Position numbers and translations under genes: made by a program. A stretch of 64,000 bases of DNA from Candidatus Methylacidiphilales bacterium (GTDB lineage Bacteria; Verrucomicrobiota; Verrucomicrobiia; Methylacidiphilales; JAAUTS01), in assembly GCA_038250235.1 (NCBI GenBank), contig JBBSCO010000001.1, positions 64,500 through 128,499 of the forward strand, given 5' to 3'. Shown one piece after another: positions 44,973 to 54,437 of the stretch (positions within the stretch are counted from its first letter, which is position 1; every line of letters begins with the position of its first letter). The notes below the pieces were generated by a model. That model ran no database searches and was not told the DNA's origin. It worked only from the letters and a program-made list of their open reading frames with translations.

Positions 44973-45232
44973 GGAGCAGAAAAGGGTAAGGGAAATGATC
45001 GATTTGGCAAGAGATCGCGACGCCCGGATCAGCGCGAACACAAACTCATTCACTCAACCACAAGGAGTTCCGGGGAATAGGAACTGCGTTAGGTTCTGTT
45101 GCGATAGAAAGGCAGGCGGCTAACAAGATCAGATAATAGGAAAAGTAGAAAAAAGCCTTCAGCTCGCGTGAGGATATTGGGCATTCATGGATCATTACAG
45201 CGTCAAATTCAGGAGCCAGGTGGCTTGAGGGT

Positions 45233-48166
45233 TTGCTCTGGCTTTATTCTTTGGGTGACAAGATCTTGCGGTTTTCTACCTTCACTGGAATGACCCGGTG
45301 TTTGAGGATGTATCGGCTGGTGGAAGATGCCTGGGAGGCGGAGTTGTTTCCCTGGCTTCGCCACCAGTCGTCCGCAGTTCTCTCTGGCGCAGAGGCCTGG
45401 GTGGTGGTTCCGACCCGGGCCCAGGCGGGCTGGCTTCGCCGCCGTTGCCTGGAAAGTGGTCAGGCTCTATTGGGGGTGAAATTTTTGACGCCCGGCTCCT
45501 TACGCCGGGAACTGAGTATGCAGCTGGACTTGGAAACCAGGGCACTGGGACGGGAAAGCCTAGAATTTCTTCTTCGCCTCCAGGCCCTGAAAAGGAGTTC
45601 CCCTGAAGCCCGTTCCGTTGCTCTGAGTCCGACGGGATGTCTTCAGGCCTTGGACGATCTGGGCCGTGCCGGTTGGACCGGTGAAGAGACGGATCTTGGA
45701 GAAATACCTTCGCCAGTGGACGAGTGGTTAAAAATTCTGGGCCGGAGCGGTGCCTGGACGCCCACGATCGACGCCGAGTTGCGGCGTCGTTCTTTGGTTA
45801 ATGGAACTTGCTCCTTGCCAGAAAAAAAACGTGATCCGCATGTTTCAGCCCACAACTCAGAAATCCATCTGCTGATTTTTGGCTGGGATGCGGCGTTTTT
45901 CCCTGAGTCCACCCTTCTCGAGGCAGCGGTTGAATCCGCCACAACTTCACTTCTGCTTGTTCCTTCCCCCCGGGGATCCAGTCCGGACCCGGATATGGTC
46001 TGGGTTTCGTACCTGGAGAAACTTCTCGGGGTGGAAGCCGAGATTTGTCCGGCATCGGAATTTCGATCGGTCAATGAGGAACTCGTAGAGCGTCTGGTCA
46101 GGAGGGGAGAGGGACAGGGATCCCTGACCCTGCCGCTTTTTCTGGCCGGTGAATCGACGGATGATCAGGTGGCGATGGTTCAGAAGCAGCTTTTGCTCTG
46201 GCTGAAGGAAGGTTCCTGTCATGAACGCATAGCATTGATTGTTCCGGCGCCAGGGCCTTTATCCTTGGAACTTTGTTCACAAATGCTGGCTGCCGGACTG
46301 CCTTTTCATGATGAGGCGGGGCGCCCGGAACATCCTCCGCTGGAAATGCAACTGCAAGGTCTGTTGTCGGGCTACTATCTTTCCGGTGGTAATGTACTGC
46401 TCTTTCTGGAATTGGTGGAATCGTGGAAACGTCTAAATCCGCTGGCACCTGATCCCATTGAACTGCGCAGCCAGCTTTATCGCCGCTTTGGCCGAAGTCA
46501 GACCCAGCAGACGGCTTTGTTGTTGCGGGGAGTGCAGGAGGATCACACACCTTTGTTTCAAAGCATGGTGGAACTGGTGCAGCAATTGGGTAGCTGGCCG
46601 CAGGAAGAATGTTGGGAAGTTCTGAAGGCGCGTTGGCAACAGGCTGCCGCACTTTTCGGGATTGGAACCGAAAAACTTGAACCCCTTTGGTCGCGCATGG
46701 ATGGTCTCATGACTGAGCCTGTGAATGGCAGGGCTTTTCTGCAGTATGTGTCCGCGATTACGGAATCGGCGCGTCATGCCAGGGATCAACGGGCCAACCA
46801 ACCTTTTGCCCGCGTGGTTTTGACCACGCTGGACCAGGCGGTCAATCAGAGCTGGGCACATGTCATCTTTTTGGAGTCGAACGAAGGAATCTGGCCTCAG
46901 CGCGTGATCGAAAATGCATTTCTGGACGATCCTCTGCGTGAAGCCCTCAATCACCGCCGTGAAAAGAACCATTCCCTTCTACTAACAAGCATGGACAGCG
47001 TCAGGATCGGGCAGCGTCGCTTCCTCGATATATTGGAAAACACTGCCGGTCAGATCGCGCTGGCGGCCCAATCCCGCAATACGTCATCGCCGGAAAAACC
47101 GTACTATCCAAACGAGTGGTTTTTGCAGTGTCTGCTGCTTGATGAGGAATCGAAGGAACCAGTGTTGAAGCGTTGGGAGGGATTGGTGAGAAAGGAGAGT
47201 GTATTTCGTATTGGAGGTGAGAAAAGCATCAAGAATCAGCTGTTAACGGACAGTAGGGCAGAACTTGACGAGGAACTCAGGCATCTCGAGCAGATCAGGA
47301 GTTCACGCATCAATCCTGAATTATCTTTCGATGAGTATTTCTACTGTTACCCGAATACGACAACGAAACCTTGGCCGATTAGTAGGTTAGAGGCAGCGGT
47401 GAATTATCCGGCGACGTTTGCCCTGGAACAATTGTTCGGAGCGGTGTCTGCGGAGAGCCAGGACTTTGTGCGCAGCGAAAACTGGATCGTCGGCACGCTG
47501 GTGCATGAGTGGGTGCGGAGGCGGGTCGAAGAAGAGCGCCTGGGGCGGAACACGGACATTGAGGCGGAGTTGAAGGGAAAATACTGGCCGGAGAGAGCAA
47601 GGAACTCGCTTTGGTGGCGCACGGTCTTTGATCTGGCACGTTGGGCGTCGGAATCCTGCTGGAAACAGGTGCAGCCGCAACTGGCCTCGGTGGATTTGCA
47701 TTCGGAATTCGAGATTCAGGGAAGCATTGAAACACTGGACGGTCCTTTGAGAGTCAAAGGACGGATGGATTTGCTGGCGAGGGATCGTCATGAATGGGAA
47801 AACTCCCTTGCGGAGATTATCGATTTCAAAACAGGAAAGGCCCAGGTGCCCAGTCCGGTCAAGCTGGCTCAGGGCGAGGGTATGCAGTTTGGTGCGTATC
47901 TGACCTTGGCCCTGAGCCTGGGGGCCAGGGAGGTGACCTTGCGTTGCCTCAGTCCCAAACAGATCTCGCAGCGTCTGTTGACACAGGAAGATGCGGTGTC
48001 CGCCTTAGAAGGGCTGGCTTTGGCAGCGAGACTGCAGCAATCACTGGCTTTCGGGATGAGCGGTTCCCTGCATGGCGAGCATGAAGGCTCGGAGGTTCTG
48101 CCTATGGCGACCTTGCCAGTGGATGCTGAGACATTGAAACAAAAAGCTGAAAGGTCGAAAAACTAA
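45233..48166 (+). CDS. AddB/RexB-like helicase-nuclease subunit (PD-(D/E)XK nuclease family)
   Basis: The C-terminal nuclease motif is GRMDLLARD...EIIDFKTGK...QFGAYL. The stop lies 1 nt before the AddA-like start. I could not find a Walker A motif. The start is uncertain (TTG 45233, or ATG 45290 or 45308). Confidence 0.7.
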   Translation: MLWLYSLGDKILRFSTFTGMTRCLRMYRLVEDAWEAELFPWLRHQSSAVLSGAEAWVVVPTRAQAGWLRRRCLESGQALLGVKFLTPGSLRRELSMQLDLETRALGRESLEFLLRLQALKRSSPEARSVALSPTGCLQALDDLGRAGWTGEETDLGEIPSPVDEWLKILGRSGAWTPTIDAELRRRSLVNGTCSLPEKKRDPHVSAHNSEIHLLIFGWDAAFFPESTLLEAAVESATTSLLLVPSPRGSSPDPDMVWVSYLEKLLGVEAEICPASEFRSVNEELVERLVRRGEGQGSLTLPLFLAGESTDDQVAMVQKQLLLWLKEGSCHERIALIVPAPGPLSLELCSQMLAAGLPFHDEAGRPEHPPLEMQLQGLLSGYYLSGGNVLLFLELVESWKRLNPLAPDPIELRSQLYRRFGRSQTQQTALLLRGVQEDHTPLFQSMVELVQQLGSWPQEECWEVLKARWQQAAALFGIGTEKLEPLWSRMDGLMTEPVNGRAFLQYVSAITESARHARDQRANQPFARVVLTTLDQAVNQSWAHVIFLESNEGIWPQRVIENAFLDDPLREALNHRREKNHSLLLTSMDSVRIGQRRFLDILENTAGQIALAAQSRNTSSPEKPYYPNEWFLQCLLLDEESKEPVLKRWEGLVRKESVFRIGGEKSIKNQLLTDSRAELDEELRHLEQIRSSRINPELSFDEYFYCYPNTTTKPWPISRLEAAVNYPATFALEQLFGAVSAESQDFVRSENWIVGTLVHEWVRRRVEEERLGRNTDIEAELKGKYWPERARNSLWWRTVFDLARWASESCWKQVQPQLASVDLHSEFEIQGSIETLDGPLRVKGRMDLLARDRHEWENSLAEIIDFKTGKAQVPSPVKLAQGEGMQFGAYLTLALSLGAREVTLRCLSPKQISQRLLTQEDAVSALEGLALAARLQQSLAFGMSGSLHGEHEGSEVLPMATLPVDAETLKQKAERSKN

Positions 48167-48167
48167 A

Positions 48168-51100
48168 ATGTTGAAATCCGAACTGGCAGACCAATCCGCC
48201 CGTGACCGGTTCATTCAAGAACTGGACCGGAATTTTTGTGTCTCGGCATCGGCCGGGGCGGGTAAGACGACTGCCATAGTGAAGCGCATTGTGGCGATGG
48301 CGCAGGAAGACATGAAGCGTGCGCAGCGAGGCGAGGAGACCCGTCTGTCCAGGCTGGTCGTCGTGACCTATGGGGTTTTGGCGGCGGAAGAACTCCGGGT
48401 AAGGGCAAGGCAGGAAATTTTTGAAACGATGTCGGGAGGAGGCATACATCCCCAACAGTTGCTGGCGGAATTCAACCAGGCTTATTTCGGCACCATCCAC
48501 AGTTTTTGTTTGAAGTTGATTCATGAGGAGGGCCGTCACGCGGGACTTCCGGGAACCGTGCAGTTGCTGGAGGAGAAAGACGAGGCTCTCTGGCAGCGTT
48601 TTGTCGAGACGGACATTGAACTGCCCATTTTTATTCCGGATACATTTCTTAGCTCCGTGTTGAGGCACTATACCTTCGAGGACCTCCTTAAGCTCTCACG
48701 TCAGTTGAGGCCGGATGACGCGCGGCGTCTGACCAAAGCCATTCCCAAAGGAGAGGCATCCATCCTGGATTTTCGCGAAGCCTACACGTCCAGATCGAAA
48801 AGTGCAGAACTGGAGACTAACAAAAGGATATTACATGAGTGGCAGGAAGAATATCTGGCTTCAAATGCATTTCTGGCTCTCCCGAGAATAGAGAAGGGGG
48901 GAGCGGAGTTTCAGGCCGGTTTGAAAGAGGGCTTTGCGCCTTACCTGCTGTGGTTGAACAAACGTGCTTCCTACCTGGCAGGGCATCTGGCCCTGGCTTA
49001 TGCCCGTTTCCGTCAGGATGAAGGTTTCCTCACCTATGATGATATGATCGGGAGTGCGAGAGAGTTGTTTGAGAAAGCCGAAATTTTACGGAGGTTGAGG
49101 GCCAGGGGTTACATCATTGTTTTGGATGAGGCGCAGGATACCGACTCGAGTATGTTTGATATTCTGACCGAATTGACGAGGCCGCTGGATGCCGAACCCT
49201 TTGTCTGGCCCAAAGACATGGATGTGCCCGCTCCTTTGCCCGGACGTTTTTGTTTTGTCGGGGACGACCAACAGGCGATTTACGGAAGCCGTGCGGAACT
49301 GGTGCATTACCGCCGTTATTTGAAAGCTTTCCGCGAAGGCAGTGGCGGTGAATCATTGGAGTTCCATGTGACGATGCGCTGTCCGGGCAAAGTGATCGAG
49401 CAGGTAAATGCGATTTTTCCCAAGCGCCTGGATCAGCCTTTGGTGGATTTCCGGCGTTTGACGGCCCGTCCTTCTGCTGCGGAGGGGAGTGTGTTATGGC
49501 TTGCGTTGAATCCTCCTGAAACAGATAAAGTGTCGGAACAATTCGAGGAGGAATGCCGCCAAGTGATTCCATGGCTCAAGGAACAGGGTCTGGAAGGTTT
49601 GGGTATCCAACGCTGGTCGGAGGTCGCCCTGCTCTGTCCTCGGATTGATTGGTTATCCACTGCCTCGAGGGTTTTAAAAGAGAACGGGCTGCCCTCGCGA
49701 CTGATTTCCTCCAAGGAGCGGCGCAGTGATTTGCCGGGATACTCCTGGCCGGTGGCGTTGCTTCATGTCCTGTCGACTCCTACGGATCGTTTTGAATTGA
49801 TCGGCGTATTAAGGGAGGTGTTTGGGGTTTCGGATGCGGAGCTTCTGAAAAAGTATCGGGAATCCGGGATCAGTATCCAGACAGGGAACGGGAGATCCGA
49901 GGGCGGAACCCTTAGAACAAGAATGGATGATGCGTTGAATCTTTTGTCGGGCCTGGAGGAGGGATTGAAAGAAAAAATGGTTCACGAAGAATTCAGTCTT
50001 TCCGGGTTTGTGGAGAAGATCTTCGGGGATTTACACCTCAAGGAGCGGATTGAGGCGGTGGGGGAAGATGCGGGCCCTTTGGACTATTTTCTGCATGAAG
50101 CACGGTTGGCAGAAGCGGAGGGGAAAACACTATCAGCCTGGATAGGGAAGCAGAGAAAAAATCTGGCCAGACCCCCGTTGCTCTCGTCGGGTAATCCGGA
50201 CGAAATCCAGCTGCTCACCTCACAGAAATCGAAAGGACTGGAATGGCCCGTCGTCGTGGTCATGGGAGTGGGACGCGCGATCGGGTCGCCCAAGGTCAGC
50301 TATCCGTTGATCGAACGATCTGGGGAACGTTTTCAAGTGCATTTCAGCGGGATGACGTCGGATGAGGAGTCCAAGGAAAAGATGAAGTCGTCCAAGGAAC
50401 AGGAATTACAGCGCCTTTTTTATGTGATGCTCACCCGGGCGAAGAAGTTGTTGGTAATTCCCGACAGTCACGGATTTTATAAAATGAAGACGCCTTCCTT
50501 CAGCGGCCTGAGCCGTTGGGAAAGTGTGGAGCGAATCGAAACGGATTTGTTTTCCAGGCTGGATACGCCGGTCGAACAGATTGCCTGGAAAAAAGGTGTG
50601 GAGCTGGTGGTTTCGGAGGAGGATATATGGCAGGGTCTGGCTGCAGCCCAAGCCGTTCCATTACGGGTTCTGCCTCATGAACTGGCGATCCATGACGAGC
50701 CGCGATCTGAAAAGGAGGTCACTCCCTTGTTGACGGGAGTGGGAGGGACGGATTATGGGACATGGTGGCACGCGGTTTTGCAACAGTATCCATGGGCTGG
50801 AGAGGAGAAAGACCAGCAGCAATATAGTGACAAGGCCCTGGTGGAATTGGGTGGTAATCCTGGGTTGTTGCAAAGGGGAAAAGAAGAACTGGACCGTTGG
50901 CAGGGTAGCGAAGCCCGCCTGAACCTGATGAGCAAAGGAAAAATCTTTTTACCGGAAGTGCCCTTTCTTTGGCCGCAAACGGAATCAAAGTGGATGGAGG
51001 GTATAGCGGATCTTCTTGTGGTTTTGGGAGACGGGAGACTGGCCGTTCTGGACTGGAAAACAAACCGGCCACGTCCTAACGAAAACGATGGGCAGTCCTT

Positions 51101-51245
51101 GAAGCGTTTGGTGGAAATGTATGCGGGCCAGTTGCAGGCATATGCCAGGATGTTGGAGTCTGTCAGTGGCCGGAAGGTCGCCAAGGTCTGGCTTTATGGC
51201 ACTGTGTCGGGGAAGTTGGTAGAGGTTCCGACGGCTGAGGCCTGA
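48168..51245 (+). CDS. AddA/RecB-like UvrD-family helicase with a C-terminal PD-(D/E)XK nuclease
   Basis: The Walker A motif is ASAGAGKTTAI and the DExx motif is IIVLDEAQDTD. SKGLEW is present. The C-terminal nuclease reads GIADLLVV...VLDWKTNR...YAGQLQAY. Confidence 0.85.
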   Translation: MLKSELADQSARDRFIQELDRNFCVSASAGAGKTTAIVKRIVAMAQEDMKRAQRGEETRLSRLVVVTYGVLAAEELRVRARQEIFETMSGGGIHPQQLLAEFNQAYFGTIHSFCLKLIHEEGRHAGLPGTVQLLEEKDEALWQRFVETDIELPIFIPDTFLSSVLRHYTFEDLLKLSRQLRPDDARRLTKAIPKGEASILDFREAYTSRSKSAELETNKRILHEWQEEYLASNAFLALPRIEKGGAEFQAGLKEGFAPYLLWLNKRASYLAGHLALAYARFRQDEGFLTYDDMIGSARELFEKAEILRRLRARGYIIVLDEAQDTDSSMFDILTELTRPLDAEPFVWPKDMDVPAPLPGRFCFVGDDQQAIYGSRAELVHYRRYLKAFREGSGGESLEFHVTMRCPGKVIEQVNAIFPKRLDQPLVDFRRLTARPSAAEGSVLWLALNPPETDKVSEQFEEECRQVIPWLKEQGLEGLGIQRWSEVALLCPRIDWLSTASRVLKENGLPSRLISSKERRSDLPGYSWPVALLHVLSTPTDRFELIGVLREVFGVSDAELLKKYRESGISIQTGNGRSEGGTLRTRMDDALNLLSGLEEGLKEKMVHEEFSLSGFVEKIFGDLHLKERIEAVGEDAGPLDYFLHEARLAEAEGKTLSAWIGKQRKNLARPPLLSSGNPDEIQLLTSQKSKGLEWPVVVVMGVGRAIGSPKVSYPLIERSGERFQVHFSGMTSDEESKEKMKSSKEQELQRLFYVMLTRAKKLLVIPDSHGFYKMKTPSFSGLSRWESVERIETDLFSRLDTPVEQIAWKKGVELVVSEEDIWQGLAAAQAVPLRVLPHELAIHDEPRSEKEVTPLLTGVGGTDYGTWWHAVLQQYPWAGEEKDQQQYSDKALVELGGNPGLLQRGKEELDRWQGSEARLNLMSKGKIFLPEVPFLWPQTESKWMEGIADLLVVLGDGRLAVLDWKTNRPRPNENDGQSLKRLVEMYAGQLQAYARMLESVSGRKVAKVWLYGTVSGKLVEVPTAEA

Positions 51246-51262
51246 TTATGAGGATCTAGACG

Positions 51263-51988
51263 ATGGACTTGGAACCCTACATCAACGAATTGAAACAGAC
51301 AGCCTTGTCGTCGGGCTGGCAAGTTGAGGGATCCCTGGAAACCCAGTTGTGGTTATACAGGCCGGGAAAAGCAGATTCCAAACGTTTTTATATTTCCGCC
51401 GGGATTCACGGGGATGAACCGGCAGGACCCTGGGCCGTGATGAATCTGGTCAGAGACACAGCGTGGCTGGAGGAGTTGGAGGTTTGGATTTTCCCCTTGT
51501 TGAACGCGGAAGGTGTCAGTCGGGGCATACGTGAGAATCCGCAGGGATTGGATCTTAACCGTGATTATAACCAACCGCAGTCGCCTGAAATCCGCAGGCA
51601 TGTGGATATTTTAAAAACCCTTCCAAGATTCGATGCATGTGTATGCCTCCATGAAGATTGGGAGTATGGTGGATCCTATCTGTACTTTCTGAGGGAAGAT
51701 CCGGAACCGGCCTGGGCAATACCTGTGTTGGATGCCATGGCCCTTTACATACCTGTGGAAACCAGTCCTGTTATAGATGGTTTTGAGGCCGTGCAGGGAA
51801 GGATTGAAAGGAGTCAGGCCATGGTGGATCGACCTGAATGGCCCGAGGCTCTGTATTTGGCCAGATATCACACACACTGTTGTTTCACGCTGGAAACGCC
51901 TTCAGTTTTTGAGTTGAACCGTCGTGTGGCTGCCCTTGAAGCGGCCGTCAAAACTCTGGCGGAGAAAGTGCGTGGAGACCGAAGTTAA
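51263..51988 (+). CDS. M14-family zinc carboxypeptidase/amidase (MpaA- or AstE/AspA-like)
   Basis: ISAGIHGDEPAG (HxxE), LDLNRDY and CVCLHEDWE (third Zn ligand) are present. The ~240-aa size resembles murein peptide amidase A. Confidence 0.7.
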   Translation: MDLEPYINELKQTALSSGWQVEGSLETQLWLYRPGKADSKRFYISAGIHGDEPAGPWAVMNLVRDTAWLEELEVWIFPLLNAEGVSRGIRENPQGLDLNRDYNQPQSPEIRRHVDILKTLPRFDACVCLHEDWEYGGSYLYFLREDPEPAWAIPVLDAMALYIPVETSPVIDGFEAVQGRIERSQAMVDRPEWPEALYLARYHTHCCFTLETPSVFELNRRVAALEAAVKTLAEKVRGDRS

Positions 51989-52053
51989 TCAAGGAACCCT
52001 GACCATGCCGGATATGCGCTTGTTTCCAAAAACCGGGCATCTATAGTGAAGTT

Positions 52054-52542
52054 GTGAAATCGTTCTTGAGCCTTGTCTTGTTGTTCGCCTGGATGGGTGT
52101 CGGCCTCCGGGCAGATGAGGCCGATCTAGTTTTTTCGAAATGGAAAGAAATTCTGGAAAGCTCAGCCAAGAGACTTGGGGAAACCCAGGTGTTGAAGTGG
52201 GATAAGGAAAAAGGACTGCTCACTCTCGGGCAGGAACTTCAACTCAACGAAATGCGGAAAAACACACTGCTCCAGATCGTGCCGGTTTCGGCTCTGGTTG
52301 TAGAAATCCAACTTGAAGGTGTTTCAACGATACAGGAGCCCTGGATCAAACTGCGTTGCCGGAACAATCAGAAAAAAGTCAAAATCCAAAGACGTGTGAT
52401 CATTGAAGGGGTAGAAGTGGAAGAGGTCTCCAAGGATGATGACAGGGCTTTTCTGGTGATCACTTGTCATCGAAGTGACCTGAAAAAAGCAAAAGAGTTG
52501 GGTGAACAATTTCTGGCACTAGCGGGGGCTGGTAAAAACTAA
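52054..52542 (+). CDS. Hypothetical secreted protein
   Basis: It has the signal peptide MKSFLSLVLLFAWMGVGLRA. No family was recognised. Confidence 0.45.
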   Translation: MKSFLSLVLLFAWMGVGLRADEADLVFSKWKEILESSAKRLGETQVLKWDKEKGLLTLGQELQLNEMRKNTLLQIVPVSALVVEIQLEGVSTIQEPWIKLRCRNNQKKVKIQRRVIIEGVEVEEVSKDDDRAFLVITCHRSDLKKAKELGEQFLALAGAGKN

Positions 52543-52567
52543 GTTTCCTGGGAGCGATCCCTCCAGG

Positions 52568-52768
52568 TCAATGGTTGCCGTCGGTTTTTTCGGAAGCAAC
52601 GGTTTTTACTTCTATGACGTTGGCTTGTTTTGCCCGTTTGAGACGGCTGTCCACGCTATCTGTTTCGGACCCGCGATTTTTCCTCTTGTTGCGGGAAAGA
52701 AAACGGATGACCTTGGTCAGGTAGAAAGCGAGTGCCAAGAGCGAAGCCAGAATTCCGAGAAGACGCAT
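52568..52768 (-). CDS. Hypothetical small single-TM protein (66 aa)
   Basis: The N-terminal TM segment MRLLGILASLLALAFYL is followed by a basic tail. It competes with an antisense 105-aa ORF. Support is weak. Confidence 0.25.
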   Translation of the reverse strand: MRLLGILASLLALAFYLTKVIRFLSRNKRKNRGSETDSVDSRLKRAKQANVIEVKTVASEKTDGNH

Positions 52769-52898
52769 TCACACAATGGTAGGGAGACAGCTCTTCCGAT
52801 AAAGAAGATTCAGCGGCAATGCGCAGGAAGAGGTTTTGATGCGGCCCGCCAAAAAAGACGTACTTGGAGCTTCACCTTCGGCTTTTAAACAATAGGGT

Positions 52899-53552
52899 TT
52901 GGAAATGAACTTCAAGCCGGAAGACTACCTGGATCTTTCCCAGACAGAGCATGTGACGCTTTTTGAAAATGCACGGCAGGTTTGGGAGGTTTTGTCCCAA
53001 ATTGAAGTTTACCTAAATTTCAGGCTGAAGCCCCAGGTTCAGGGGCAAGTGATCGGTAAGCCCTTTATCGGTGACCGGGTTTTTATCGGAGAGGGAACCA
53101 TTATCGAGCCCGGTGCTTACATTGCGGGGCCCGCCTGGATCGGGCGAAACTGCAAAATCCGGCATGGTGCCTATATCCGCGAGAATGTGATTGTGGGAGA
53201 CAACAGTATTTTGGGCAACAGCTGCGAATTCAAAAACTGCGTGATGTTCAACGGTGCAGAAGTTCCCCATTTTTCCTACGTGGGTGATTCCGTCCTGGGT
53301 TACAAGGCCCATCTTTCAGCAGGGGTGGTTCTTTCCAACCTAAGATTGGATCAAAAAAACATCAAGGTGCACCGGGATGGTCAGAGCCTGGATACGGGTC
53401 TGAGGAAATTCGGGGCCATTGTCGGGGACCAGGCCCAGGTAGGCTGCAACTGCGTTTTGAATCCCGGTTCGCTGATCGGGCGTGGTGCCCACATTTATCC
53501 GGGCGTGGTGGTTACGGGGTCTGTCGAGTCCGGGGCTGTGGTGAAAGTCTGA
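52899..53552 (+). CDS. Left-handed beta-helix (hexapeptide-repeat) transferase, GlmU/G1P-thymidylyltransferase C-terminal-like
   Basis: Repeated [LIV]-G-x-x-x-x hexads run from IGDRVFIGEGTIIEPGAYI to VGCNCVLNPGSLIG. The first ATG is at 52905. Confidence 0.75.
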   Translation: MEMNFKPEDYLDLSQTEHVTLFENARQVWEVLSQIEVYLNFRLKPQVQGQVIGKPFIGDRVFIGEGTIIEPGAYIAGPAWIGRNCKIRHGAYIRENVIVGDNSILGNSCEFKNCVMFNGAEVPHFSYVGDSVLGYKAHLSAGVVLSNLRLDQKNIKVHRDGQSLDTGLRKFGAIVGDQAQVGCNCVLNPGSLIGRGAHIYPGVVVTGSVESGAVVKV

Positions 53553-53580
53553 TCCGCAACCAAGCTCCCTGAGAGGTGGA

Positions 53581-54330
53581 CTAAACGTTCCTGGCCAGGG
53601 AGGCAATATGTGCCGGACCGTAGGGGGAACCCAGGAATCCTGACAAGCGGCTAAGAGTGAATGAGGATTCCATGAGATTGTCCAGAATGGATCCGACAGC
53701 GTCCCGTGTCTGGGTGTGCAGGTCGTGCAATAGAACGATCGAGCCGGGGTTGGTGGCGGCAGTCACCCGGGAAACAATGGCACTCACACCGGGCCTGGCC
53801 CAATCGCGCGGATCCACCGACCAGTAAGCGACCCCCAACGATTTGGAGCGCGGGATGAACCCCTGGTCTTTGCGGAAAGCTCCGTAGGGCGGCCGGAACC
53901 AGACGGGTGCTTTGCCTGTGACGTCTGCGATGACGTCCTGGGTTTTCTGAAGTTCGTACCCCACTTTTTCAGCAGAAAGAGAACTGAGGGAAGGGTGGGT
54001 GTAACTGTGGTTGCCGATTTCGTGGCCTGCGGCAAACACTTCTTTGGCGAGGGTTGAATACCGCTCCACTTTGTTCCCGATCATAAAAAACGTGGCGGTG
54101 AGATTTCTTTTGGCCAATTCCTTGAGGACAACGTCGGTAATGCCGGGTGATGGTCCATCATCGAAGGTCAGGGCGATGCGTCTGCCCAAGCCGGGACCCC
54201 GCATCACAAAATGGGCATTCATTTCGTATTCGCCTTTGGTGGGGTTGGTTTCGGAAAACAGCGGAAGAGCCGAGAACTGGTAGCCCAAGGCACCGGTGGT
54301 CATCAGTTTTAAAAAGTCTTTGCGTTGCAT
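53581..54330 (-). CDS. Polysaccharide deacetylase (CE4/NodB homology domain), probable Tat/Sec-exported
   Basis: IALTFDDGP, HEIGNHSYTHP, WFRPPYG and VLLHD are present. The N-terminus MQRKDFLKLMTTGALG is Tat-like with RK. The ORF track runs to 54366. Confidence 0.85.
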   Translation of the reverse strand: MQRKDFLKLMTTGALGYQFSALPLFSETNPTKGEYEMNAHFVMRGPGLGRRIALTFDDGPSPGITDVVLKELAKRNLTATFFMIGNKVERYSTLAKEVFAAGHEIGNHSYTHPSLSSLSAEKVGYELQKTQDVIADVTGKAPVWFRPPYGAFRKDQGFIPRSKSLGVAYWSVDPRDWARPGVSAIVSRVTAATNPGSIVLLHDLHTQTRDAVGSILDNLMESSFTLSRLSGFLGSPYGPAHIASLARNV

Positions 54331-54437
54331 GGCGGGTTCTAAAGAAAAATATTGGACTTGGGCCACAGGATGGCAATCTCTTTCGCTTGCTCTCAGGAGT
54401 TGAGCCCACCATTCTGTGACTTTTTACGTATTTAAAT

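Noticed and set aside
44973-45053. The ORF track gives N-terminal extensions for valS. The same occurs for aguA (to 6938), GT4 (to 24335), GNAT (from 55534), trxA (from 61143), the flavoproteins (from 16420, to 31966), CE4 (to 54366), AlkD-like (to 39267) and MazG-like (to 9407).
   Set aside because: The extensions lack family-conserved sequence, and internal ATGs align with canonical N-termini (Rossmann GxGxxG near the start, ValRS MPELAKAYEP, and so on). The starts remain inferences.
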